Shown here piece by piece: positions 15,452 through 23,629 of a DNA stretch of 37,754 nt. The translations under genes and the position numbers were made by a program. Each line of letters opens with the position of its first letter. The first letter of the stretch is position 1. This stretch comes from a virus. The stretch lies in the IMG/VR virus record IMGVR_UViG_3300046346_000048; one strand, written 5' to 3'. A model generated the notes under the pieces. The model searched no databases, was not told the DNA's origin, and saw nothing but the letters and a program-made list of their open reading frames with translations.

Positions 15452-16603
15452 TTATACACCTGCTTGCAGGGTTGCTGTTTTACCCGTAAACTTCTCCCAC
15501 CTTGCAATTATAACATCACAATAGTGAGGATCTATTTCCATTCCGTAGCATTTGCGTTTAGTCTTCTCGCAAGCTATGAGCGTTGAGCCTGAGCCGAGGA
15601 AGAGATCTAAAACTGATTTTGTGTCTTTTCCATATTCTTTAAGACACCATTCTAATAAAAACGCAGGTTTTTGTGTGGGATGAACCCTATCCTCTTGTCT
15701 TTCTGAAGCTCTATGATATCCATCCCAACGGTGTCTAATAAATTTCAAAGGAGTCGTGAAGTTAGTCCAAGCTACTTCACCATCTGCAAATGTTAATCCC
15801 TTGGGCCGTTCTTTATCCCAAACGATCCAACATGGGGAAGGGGGAAGGAAATCTGTGAAATAGTTTCCACCCCATATAATGATTTTAGGGATTTCAAGAG
15901 TTGAGACAAGATTCCATACATCTCTTGCAATGGTGGTGTCTTCATCTCCGATAACAGGTCTGTATTTCCTAGCTGGAGCTTGTTTTGTACTCCCTCCAAC
16001 CTTGCCTTCTTTAGAGACCGCATTCATTCCATAAGGGGGATCAGTGTAAACCATGTCGACTTTATCTCCACCCATCAGCCTTTCAACAGCAAGCACATCA
16101 GTTGAATCACCGCATAAAAGCCTGTGCCCCTCAAGAATCCAAAGGTCACCGAGTTTGCATCGAGTCTCAACTTCTTGAGGTATTTCATCTTCATCACATC
16201 CTGGTATCGCCTCGGGCTCTACGATCCATTTAGCTAAGTCTTCATTGCTAAAGCCTATTGCAGCGAGATCAAAATTCTCTGCTTTGAGTCCTTGCAAAGT
16301 TTTACTTAGAACATCATCGTCCCATTCAGCAAGCTCACCAGTACGGTTGTCTGCAATAGCATAAGCAATCGCTTCGCTACCTGTGAGCTTAGAGCGTACG
16401 ATTCCAATGTCTTTCCAACCAAGAGACTCAGCTGCTGCTAGCGTTCCATTACCTGCAAGTACAATATTATCTTTTGAAATTACGATAGGCTTTTGCAAGC
16501 CAAACTTAGCTAAGCTTCCCTTAATTGCAGAAAGATTCTTTTCAGAATGCTTTCTTGCATTGGAAGGATCAAGTAAGAGTGAGCTTATAGGCACGTATTC
16601 CAA
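15452..16603 (-). CDS. ParB-like nuclease domain fused to a beta-class DNA N6-adenine/N4-cytosine methyltransferase
   Basis: The N-terminus LLLDPSNARKHSEKNLSAIKGSLAKFGLQKPIVI is a ParB/Srx-like fold motif. The catalytic motif is DPPYGMN, and the SAM-binding motif FLGSGSTLIACEKTKRKCYGMEIDP comes after it. Confidence 0.85.
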   Translation of the reverse strand: MEYVPISSLLLDPSNARKHSEKNLSAIKGSLAKFGLQKPIVISKDNIVLAGNGTLAAAESLGWKDIGIVRSKLTGSEAIAYAIADNRTGELAEWDDDVLSKTLQGLKAENFDLAAIGFSNEDLAKWIVEPEAIPGCDEDEIPQEVETRCKLGDLWILEGHRLLCGDSTDVLAVERLMGGDKVDMVYTDPPYGMNAVSKEGKVGGSTKQAPARKYRPVIGDEDTTIARDVWNLVSTLEIPKIIIWGGNYFTDFLPPSPCWIVWDKERPKGLTFADGEVAWTNFTTPLKFIRHRWDGYHRASERQEDRVHPTQKPAFLLEWCLKEYGKDTKSVLDLFLGSGSTLIACEKTKRKCYGMEIDPHYCDVIIARWEKFTGKTATLQAGV

Positions 16604-16817
16604 GTGAGACTCTTTAAATAATTTGGGATTATGAAATAAGCTTCTCTAAGCTCTTGAATTTAGGCAAGTCTTTTTTACGCCGGAAAGTCTAATAGAACCC
16701 CACAGTTACAATAACCACCAAATATCATTGCATATTTATATTCAATTTTATATCGCCGTATTCCGATACATCCTTTAGAAGAGAGGTTGGATAACCACTC
16801 TTAAAGGAGGAAACAAA

Positions 16818-17117
16818 ATGAAAATTACATCTGTACAAGAAATACAAAAAGCAACCGAACTTCGAAAGATCATGGATCTGAGGCTTTTTGCAGAAAAGAA
16901 AGAAACGGAACTGAAAAAACATTTCAAGGATTTAATGGGTAAGGAGGAGATTCTTAACATAGGAGATAAATTCATAGTTTTTCTTGAACCTAGAGAACGC
17001 ACAGGACTTGATGCGAATAGATTAAGAATGGCTCTTGGTGAGAGAATTCATGAATTTGAAACAATAAGCTTTTACAAAATTTTCAATTTGAAAGAAACAA
17101 AGGAGAATAAAAAATGA
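16818..17117 (+). CDS. Hypothetical early protein (99 aa)
   Basis: A strong ribosome-binding site, AAAGGAGGAAACAAAATG, and it is the first gene of a plus-strand block. Confidence 0.55.
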   Translation: MKITSVQEIQKATELRKIMDLRLFAEKKETELKKHFKDLMGKEEILNIGDKFIVFLEPRERTGLDANRLRMALGERIHEFETISFYKIFNLKETKENKK

Positions 17118-17431
17118 GATATTTTATAACTTTTTTCATGCTAATGCTTATTCTCTTTGCATGTGGAAATGAAAAAAAAGGAGCTGATAGAAAAGCAGGG
17201 TGGAACGAAAATACTCTCTTGCTAGAAGAGGATTCTTGCATAGAATCTTTTTACACTGAACCCTCTGTTCCGGTTCCTCCAGTTGAAGATTTAAAAAGCT
17301 ATTGCGATTGTGCTGTTGACGATATTAGCTATAAATTTCCTTATGCCGTCGCTGCTGCCTCTCCTGATTCTGTCGTCTTGCAAGATAATATTGCCATTAC
17401 ACAATGTAGAATTAATAGTCATCTACCATAA
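17114..17431 (+). CDS. Lipoprotein (105 aa), paralogue of 27793-28101
   Basis: The signal peptide has lipobox LILFAC|G. It shares GWNENTL and C.C..D(D/E)IS.K(F/Y).Y motifs with the second lipoprotein. Confidence 0.7.
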   Translation: MRYFITFFMLMLILFACGNEKKGADRKAGWNENTLLLEEDSCIESFYTEPSVPVPPVEDLKSYCDCAVDDISYKFPYAVAAASPDSVVLQDNIAITQCRINSHLP

Positions 17432-17444
17432 TAGGAGGTATACA

Positions 17445-17696
17445 ATGATTACGAATGATTTTTTACAAAACTTAGAAAAATACCAAGGCAAGATCGGGAA
17501 AGAACACTTAAAATCTTTCAAAAAATACGGATTTTGTACTTTAGAAGGATGCAGATGCAATCAGAGACCAACATTCTCTAGACATAAAATAGGAAAAATT
17601 GTGCTGAGCACACCTGAACTTACCGCAAAAGAAATTAAAGAAATTAAAGCGAAGTGGAAAAGATTGGAGAAGATCAGGAAAAGTAAAAATGGCTAG
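17445..17696 (+). CDS. Hypothetical basic protein (83 aa)
   Basis: AGGAGG lies 6 nt upstream of the ATG at 17445. The longer track ORF beginning at 17310 overlaps the previous gene and lacks a ribosome-binding site. Confidence 0.5.
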   Translation: MITNDFLQNLEKYQGKIGKEHLKSFKKYGFCTLEGCRCNQRPTFSRHKIGKIVLSTPELTAKEIKEIKAKWKRLEKIRKSKNG

Positions 17697-17755
17697 TCTA
17701 GCGTCAATTTAAACTAGCCACCTTAACCGCTCTTCAAGGAGATGATTCTTCTAAT

Positions 17756-18232
17756 CTAACACATCCTCTTTCTAAGCTGCAAGATAATCTCCGCCATAAT
17801 CTGCGAAACGCGAGAAGTGTCGACATCGCACTTCCTCGCAATCTCTGTCAGAGAGAAATCTCGCAAATAAAGACTTGCTACAAGTGCTTGCTGAGCCTTT
17901 AGACCTCCTAAAGCTCTTCTAAGCTCCGATACCTGCAAGTTTCTGATAGGATCGACGGGCGGTTGCCCTAGCTCGTTATAATGGTAATCAGCGCTTAATG
18001 GACAGTATACCAAAGATTCATAGTACTTCGGATGTTTCTCGCCGTTTTGTGACCTTCCCCCAATGCTTCTCATAAAGTTCGAAAACTGACATTTCAAATC
18101 CGTGGTCTCATCTTGCATGAGCGCTAGGCAATAGAACTGCCCAAAGTCCTCACGCTGCTCTTGCGCATGCATACCCCTTCGTAAGGCATACTTCATCGCC
18201 ATAGATCTGAGATTCTTGTAGTCAGGTTCCAT
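17756..18232 (-). CDS. Sigma-70 family-like transcription factor (158 aa)
   Basis: The C-terminus QALVASLYLRDFSLTEIARKCDVDTSRVSQIMAEIILQLRKR matches the sigma region 4.2 helix-turn-helix pattern. Confidence 0.5.
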   Translation of the reverse strand: MEPDYKNLRSMAMKYALRRGMHAQEQREDFGQFYCLALMQDETTDLKCQFSNFMRSIGGRSQNGEKHPKYYESLVYCPLSADYHYNELGQPPVDPIRNLQVSELRRALGGLKAQQALVASLYLRDFSLTEIARKCDVDTSRVSQIMAEIILQLRKRMC

Positions 18233-18259
18233 TCTGCAAGTTTAGCAGACTTCCTTTCA

Positions 18260-18545
18260 CACTGGTTAGGGGTGGTGGTTAGGGGTTGGTTCGGGGTTGG
18301 TTCGGGGTTAAATTTGAAAATTCTGCAATGATTTCATTATGGTAAGGGGTGACGAGGGTGGTTAGGGGTGTTTTTTCTTATCCGGTATATTTATATGGTA
18401 CTACCCTATATTCCCTTTTATCTATAAGATACTTCTCTTAAATATAGAAAAGTACTCCGAACCACCCCTAACCACCCTATAAAAATAGAAGTTTGAACCC
18501 AGAACCAGTACCCCCGAACCAGCCCCTAACCACCCCTGACCATCA
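18260..18545. repeat. Inverted iteron arrays (GGTTAGGGG / GGTTCGGGG and their complements) flanking an AT-rich core. Candidate origin or regulatory region.
   Basis: Left-arm 9-mers lie at 18264, 18277, 18288, 18299, 18341 and 18360. Right-arm complements lie at 18465, 18512, 18523 and 18533. The central imperfect inverted repeat is 18397-18412 with 18441-18458. Confidence 0.7.
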
Positions 18546-18557
18546 TCCAAAAACCAG

Positions 18558-20015
18558 TTAAAAATGCTCCTTTAGCAGATCTAGCAGGAGGGGAGTATAT
18601 TTTGGCAAGATTCGAACACCATTATAATAATGGATGCGAGGGGTAGGATCTCGCGGGAAGGTTTGAGTTACTCCTGCTTGTCGAAGAATCACTTTTTTGC
18701 AAAGACCTTGGATGAATCCCGATCTCATCTCTGCGTGAATCATGAGCTTTTGCACATGATAAATCGGTACACGATAAGGCTTTCCATGCAGATCTTTGCC
18801 GAGTTCAAGATAGTTCCCTATGAAGTCAAGATAGGGAGCCTCATGCTCCTCCACAGCGGCAGCAAGACTTTCCCTACCCTTCTCATCGTTAGGAATATCT
18901 CTGCCATCAGGATGCGTCTTCCATAGTCCATAGCAGTAGTTCACGAAGTAAGGGATCTCACGTTCGAACTTCTCAAGGACTGAGAATTCGTTAATCCTCT
19001 TTTCTTCGGGGATAATGGCAAGCTGGCAGTGAATCAACCGTTCCGTTGTGGCAGCTTCGCCCTGAACCAGTGGTGAATCGTTACTGAAGTTGAATAGTAT
19101 GGGATAGAGATAGGTCTGGAAAGAACCGCCTCCAAAGGGTCTTACACGATGAAGTGCATCCCCCGTTAGATTTTTGAAGGCAGCCGTTCTAATGAACTTT
19201 GGCGATATTTCATTAAAAATTACTAAACGCTTTCCTACTATACTCTCCTTCCAGAACTTCTCTTGCAGATCTTCCTCGCTAATCACCGTGAAGGCTTTTC
19301 CAACTACCATAGTTAAAGCGGCGGCGAGTTGGCTCTTCCCACTATCTTTGGGTCCTTCGACCCATATTGATTGTTTCCTATGAGCGCGGGAATCGAAGAG
19401 AGAACCCACTCTCATGCAAAACGCAGTCGAATTTGTCATACGCTCAAGATAGTCATGAAATTGTGGCGCGTTTTTTCTGAGATCGAACAAGGAAGTTGGT
19501 ACGGGATCAAAGTTTAGGCGATGAATGCAAATTTCAGGGTCAGATTTAAACCCCAAAGGCTTAGGAAGCTTATCGCGATGAATATAAAGTTTAGTCCATG
19601 CCTCCACTATTTTTTCACAAACAGTCTGTGAGATAGCATAGTCACCGCACATCGGACCGCTCAAATCTTGAACATATAATCGAAGTTTCGCTGCGATATA
19701 TTCAATATTTACAAGAGTGGCAGTATTGTTTTCGATCTGAAGCTGAACTGATTTATCCCTCGGTTCAGATCTCATATTCTCGAATCTATAGGGGAAAGCT
19801 GGCATGTTACTCAAGAGCGGCGGAACTATACCTTCTAAAAGACCGCACAAATCCCTTTCAATAGTCGAAGCCTTAAGATGGATGACAGTATCTTCCTTAT
19901 CACCTGTATCGGCGTTATCCTCTTTCTTAGTTCTTTTCTTCTGCTTATCCTTGATATCAAGGACTTTTGCTGACAAAGTAGATTCTTGATTGACAGGATC
20001 TTTGGATTCAGTCAT
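18558..20015 (-). CDS. SF3 (D5/P4-type) replicative helicase
   Basis: Walker A is GPKDSGKSQLAAAL. The downstream segment FKNLTGDALHRVRPFGGGSFQTYLYPILFNFSNDSPL matches the D5_C/P4 primase-helicase C-terminal pattern. Confidence 0.7.
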   Translation of the reverse strand: MTESKDPVNQESTLSAKVLDIKDKQKKRTKKEDNADTGDKEDTVIHLKASTIERDLCGLLEGIVPPLLSNMPAFPYRFENMRSEPRDKSVQLQIENNTATLVNIEYIAAKLRLYVQDLSGPMCGDYAISQTVCEKIVEAWTKLYIHRDKLPKPLGFKSDPEICIHRLNFDPVPTSLFDLRKNAPQFHDYLERMTNSTAFCMRVGSLFDSRAHRKQSIWVEGPKDSGKSQLAAALTMVVGKAFTVISEEDLQEKFWKESIVGKRLVIFNEISPKFIRTAAFKNLTGDALHRVRPFGGGSFQTYLYPILFNFSNDSPLVQGEAATTERLIHCQLAIIPEEKRINEFSVLEKFEREIPYFVNYCYGLWKTHPDGRDIPNDEKGRESLAAAVEEHEAPYLDFIGNYLELGKDLHGKPYRVPIYHVQKLMIHAEMRSGFIQGLCKKVILRQAGVTQTFPRDPTPRIHYYNGVRILPKYTPLLLDLLKEHF

Positions 20016-20089
20016 TTAGTGACTCCTTGAGGGATAGTTGTGTGTTCCTCATCGTTGTATTTGAGAAAAAGTTTCTAGTGTTTACTGCA

Positions 20090-20929
20090 CTAGGAAGCTG
20101 GGGTCTTCGGACCCCACGTTTTTTGCACCTGATCATACCCACTCCTTAATTGTGATCTAATCTTCTTCATTGTGTCTGGACTTACGACACTATCCTTGTA
20201 AGTAGGGCTTGCCAATATTCTACTTAAGGCTTCTTCATATTGCATACCGCACATACAAAGTTCTTTGCCTAATTTCCACACTGTATCGGATCTTTCGCCT
20301 TGCGGGATTTCATTCATAAGCCAACGTAGCGCATAACGTGAAACAGCACCTTTATAAGAGCTTGCTTGAAACTTTGCACGTTCTATGGCTTCCCGCTGCC
20401 TAGCTTGGACTTCTTCTATAGGTGGTGGTTCTTTCCATACCTCGTAATAACAATCCTCCTCATAAAATTCAGATACGATCTGCTTACAAGGAAAAAATAG
20501 CCTTGCACCATCAAAGCATTTACCATCTGCTTTTTGATTCTTTATAAAATAACTCATGGTGTGCTTGTAGGCTCTGAGGTCTTCACATACACAAGATGCC
20601 TTAAGCAGTAAGCGAAATCGATCACACGGGGGCTTATCACTTTTCCATTGTTGATGCGTTCGAGTGGTTCCTATTATATGCCAAGTGTCTGCATACTTTT
20701 TTGCAATCTCCGCAATGGTCACACCTTCGTCAAAATCCAACGCTATATATTCGCAAGATTCAAAATTCTTCTCATGCCTATAAGCATTCTTGAATACAAT
20801 AGGAGACCATGTGTACTTAAGCATAATGTTTTTTATGACAAAGGCAGAGTCTCCTTTGTAAGATATAAAACCTGAGGCTACATTAGGTTTATAGGGTTCA
20901 ACAAGAGAAGAGGGCAAATAGCTAATCAC
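20090..20929 (-). CDS. Primase-like protein (possible AEP/prim-pol family)
   Basis: It lies directly upstream of the helicase. IALDFDEG is a D.D-type motif, followed by HIIGTTRTH. Weak motif-level call. Confidence 0.4.
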   Translation of the reverse strand: MISYLPSSLVEPYKPNVASGFISYKGDSAFVIKNIMLKYTWSPIVFKNAYRHEKNFESCEYIALDFDEGVTIAEIAKKYADTWHIIGTTRTHQQWKSDKPPCDRFRLLLKASCVCEDLRAYKHTMSYFIKNQKADGKCFDGARLFFPCKQIVSEFYEEDCYYEVWKEPPPIEEVQARQREAIERAKFQASSYKGAVSRYALRWLMNEIPQGERSDTVWKLGKELCMCGMQYEEALSRILASPTYKDSVVSPDTMKKIRSQLRSGYDQVQKTWGPKTPAS

Positions 20930-20988
20930 TTAATTTCCTTTACAAGTTACTAGAGAATTACTATAAAGGTAACAAAGGAGAAATGTAA

Positions 20989-21156
20989 ATGAAAAATCAA
21001 ATCAAGAAACCCGCGAAAGAAACTGCTTGTCACTTGCTACCTCTGCGAGTCACAGAAAAAGAATACAAGCTCATCAAGCGAGCAACGAAAGAATCCGGTG
21101 ATCGCTACATGACACGTTACATGAGGCGTATAGTCATGGAAGCGGTGAAGAAATGA
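20989..21156 (+). CDS. Small ribbon-helix-helix-like protein (55 aa)
   Basis: It falls below the ORF-track cutoff. AAGGAG lies 8 nt upstream of the ATG. The translation is MKNQIKKPAKETACHLLPLRVTEKEYKLIKRATKESGDRYMTRYMRRIVMEAVKK, with a beta-strand then helix pattern as in CopG/MobC-type proteins. Confidence 0.45.
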   Translation: MKNQIKKPAKETACHLLPLRVTEKEYKLIKRATKESGDRYMTRYMRRIVMEAVKK

Positions 21157-21343
21157 ATAAAAAAGAGCTCATAGAAAAATTCATAGACGATAACTTTCCA
21201 AGGGTCTACTTCCATAGTGATGATTAATCATGAAGGACAAATCTATAATTATTGTTTGCAAACCATATCCAACTCTACTGTGATCAGTATGCTTGAAGTA
21301 ATGAAATTCAATATTTTAAAAAGTATGAGCGAAGAGGTTAAAG

Positions 21344-21793
21344 ATGGATCCGCAGAAGACTAATAAACCTTGGCTCAATGAGCCAGACAGACTTGAGTTT
21401 GAAGCACATGGATTTCCTTGTTTGATCCGCAGAGCTCCTCTAGGAAATTTATGTGGTTACGTCGCTGTTCCGGTTGGGCATCCTTACCACCGTAAAGATT
21501 ATGCCAATATGGATATATCTGTGCACGGAGGGTTGACTTATGCAGGAGAATGTCGAGATGAGATCTGCCATGTTCCTAAAATAGGTGAATCTGATGATGT
21601 ATGGTGGTTTGGATTTGATTGCGCTCATTTCTTGGATGTCACACCTAAGATGGTAGAGATGAGAGAACCTGGAGGTATACTTCATGATCTTTGGAAGGAT
21701 AGCAAATATTACACACAAGACACTTATAAAGACATCAATTATGTAAAACAAGAGTGCATAGATCTTGCTAGACAATTGAGGAAAGCTGCATGA
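21344..21793 (+). CDS. Conserved-looking hypothetical protein (149 aa)
   Basis: The ORF contains LCGYVAVPVGHPYH...VHGGLTYAG...WWFGFDCAHFLD. Function unknown. Confidence 0.55.
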   Translation: MDPQKTNKPWLNEPDRLEFEAHGFPCLIRRAPLGNLCGYVAVPVGHPYHRKDYANMDISVHGGLTYAGECRDEICHVPKIGESDDVWWFGFDCAHFLDVTPKMVEMREPGGILHDLWKDSKYYTQDTYKDINYVKQECIDLARQLRKAA

Positions 21794-22785
21794 CCCTACT
21801 TTCATTTCATAACGATCCTGCTATCAAAGAAAAATATTTAAATCGAGTCCGAGCACACCGATTAGCAGATGAGATTGTAAAAGGAGTGTATTGGGAATCA
21901 GGGAAAGGATGTGCGGTCGGTTGCACAATTCATTCCTCTGATCACGGTGCTTATGAAGAAGAACTTGGTATTCCACGAATACTGGCAAAATTGGAAGATT
22001 GCATATTTGAAAATCTTCCTAAGGAGCTCGCAAAGGGTTGGCCCGAAAAGTTTCTCAACTCTGTTCCGATTGGTAAAGATCTTTCAAAAATATGGATTCA
22101 GTTCGCAATTTTTATTCTTACGGATTCTACGCAATGTGCTTCTCGGCATTCTCAATGTGAGATTGTTGCAACTCATTTACAAGAAGAATTAAACGGAAAA
22201 ACTGTAGATTGGTTACCAATAAGAGAAAAGGCGTTCATTGATCGTAGATACGCCGCTGCCGCTGCCGCTGCTTATGTCGATGCTTATGGCGCTTATGCTG
22301 CTGCTAATTATGCTAATGCTAATGCTAATGCTAATGCTAATGCTACTTATGCTGCTTATGTCGATGCTTATGGCGCTTATGCTGCTGCTAATTATGCTAA
22401 TGCTAATGCTAATGCTAATGCTACTTATGCCGCTTATGCTGCCGCTTATGCCGCTGATGCCGCTGATGCCGCTTATGCTGCTACTTATGCTGCTACTTAT
22501 GCCGCTTATGCCGCTGATGCCGCTGATGCCGCTGATGCCGCTACTTATGCCGCTGATGCTGCTACTTATGCCGCTGATGCCGCTGATGCTGCTACTTATG
22601 CCGCTGATGCTGCTACTTATGCCGCTTATGCCGCTACTTATGCCGCTGATGCCGCTGATGCCGCTGTTTATGCCGCTTATGCTGCTACTTATGCTGCTAC
22701 TTATGCCGCTGATGCTAGTGCTGCAAAACAGAAAGCATTTGTAGCACAATCTGAAAAACTTTTACAACTTTTGAGGGATTCATGA
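21790..22785 (+). CDS. Hypothetical protein with a globular N-domain and a ~155-aa Ala-Ala-X repeat tract
   Basis: The N-terminus is LSFHNDPAIKEKYLNRVRAHRLADEIVKGVYWESGKGCAVGCTIH. The C-terminal half is (AAY/AAD/AAT/AN)n. Confidence 0.6.
   Translation: MTLLSFHNDPAIKEKYLNRVRAHRLADEIVKGVYWESGKGCAVGCTIHSSDHGAYEEELGIPRILAKLEDCIFENLPKELAKGWPEKFLNSVPIGKDLSKIWIQFAIFILTDSTQCASRHSQCEIVATHLQEELNGKTVDWLPIREKAFIDRRYAAAAAAAYVDAYGAYAAANYANANANANANATYAAYVDAYGAYAAANYANANANANATYAAYAAAYAADAADAAYAATYAATYAAYAADAADAADAATYAADAATYAADAADAATYAADAATYAAYAATYAADAADAAVYAAYAATYAATYAADASAAKQKAFVAQSEKLLQLLRDS
22249..22722 (+). repeat. Nested coding tandem repeats: (GCTAAT)n, 9-nt GCCGCTGAT/GCTGCTACT-type units, and an 84-nt duplication (22270 and 22354)
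   Basis: Read directly from the sequence. All three plus-strand frames and one minus-strand frame are open here because of the low complexity. Confidence 0.9.
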
Positions 22786-23240
22786 CTTCAATAATGGGAA
22801 TTGATCCAGGCCTTAAAGGTGCTCTTGCTATTTCTCATCATGATGACCCTATAAAAAGTCATTTATTAGAAGGAATGGAGTATATAAGATTTAGAGAAAT
22901 TATCCATGAACATGGATTGCATCATATCTTCCTAGAAAAAGCACAAGCGATGCCTAAGCAAGGTGTCACAAGTATGTTCAACTATGGAGTAGGCTTCGGT
23001 AAGCTCATAGGTTGGATTGAATCTTTGATGATACCATTTACACTTATCACTCCTCAAATGTGGACTAAAGAACTGCACAAGGGAGCCACCGGTAAGGACT
23101 CTAAAGCAAAATCTCTACAAGTAGCGCAAAGACTCTTTCCCGAGATTGACTTTAGAGCAACAGAAAGATGCAAGAAACCGCACATGGGATTAGTTGATGC
23201 AGTCTTGATTGCAGAGTATGGAAGGAGAGTGCATAGATGA
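22782..23240 (+). CDS. RuvC-like Holliday junction resolvase
   Basis: The N-terminus is IMGIDPGLKGALAI, and the C-terminus is HMGLVDAVLIAEYG. These carry the catalytic acidic residues of the phage RuvC family. Confidence 0.8.
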   Translation: MTSIMGIDPGLKGALAISHHDDPIKSHLLEGMEYIRFREIIHEHGLHHIFLEKAQAMPKQGVTSMFNYGVGFGKLIGWIESLMIPFTLITPQMWTKELHKGATGKDSKAKSLQVAQRLFPEIDFRATERCKKPHMGLVDAVLIAEYGRRVHR

Positions 23241-23614
23241 GCGAACAAGAATTTAATTATGAATTTAGAGAATCTATACAGCAAGGATTCTTGGATCAAG
23301 CAAAGCATTATGACTACATAGCTGCCAAATTAAACCATTGGCATACAATAATTTTCACTTGGTCGCCTGATGAGATAAATTCCTATATTCTATCTTTTTC
23401 AATAAGTCCAAAAGTCTTAACACGCATGTCATTTGGAGGACAATTAGGAGGAAATTCCATTCAAGTTGGGGTAAGATACAGAGGATTTAATTTCTTTACA
23501 ATAGAGCAATGCGCAGAAGGGCTTCATCCTGATTATGTACAAGAAAAATTAGGATGCTCAGGACAAGTTTCGCTTTTATTGAAAGAAGTATGTAAACGCT
23601 TATTAGACAAATAA
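23237..23614 (+). CDS. Hypothetical protein (125 aa)
   Basis: The ORF has an ATGA overlap with the resolvase gene. Confidence 0.5.
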   Translation: MSEQEFNYEFRESIQQGFLDQAKHYDYIAAKLNHWHTIIFTWSPDEINSYILSFSISPKVLTRMSFGGQLGGNSIQVGVRYRGFNFFTIEQCAEGLHPDYVQEKLGCSGQVSLLLKEVCKRLLDK

Positions 23615-23629
23615 AGGACAAATACAACG

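Noticed and set aside
17690-17718. The hairpin GGCTAGT...ACTAGCC between convergent genes as a bidirectional terminator
   Set aside because: It has a 15-nt loop and no flanking U/A tracts, so it is weak as an intrinsic terminator.
21153-21343. Several 17-47-aa ORFs between the RHH gene and 21344 (MNKKELIEKFIDDNFPRVYFHSDD; MINHEGQIYNYCLQ...)
   Set aside because: They are too short and unsupported. They may be real micro-genes or a decayed gene, and I cannot tell which from sequence alone.
22249-22722. The repeat-rich region as a CRISPR array or non-coding satellite, together with the overlapping ORFs 22213-22749 (-) and 22238-22744 (+)
   Set aside because: There is no repeat-spacer organisation. 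The units are 6-9 nt and stay in frame within a 331-aa ORF that has a normal N-terminal domain. The other open frames are artefacts of low complexity.
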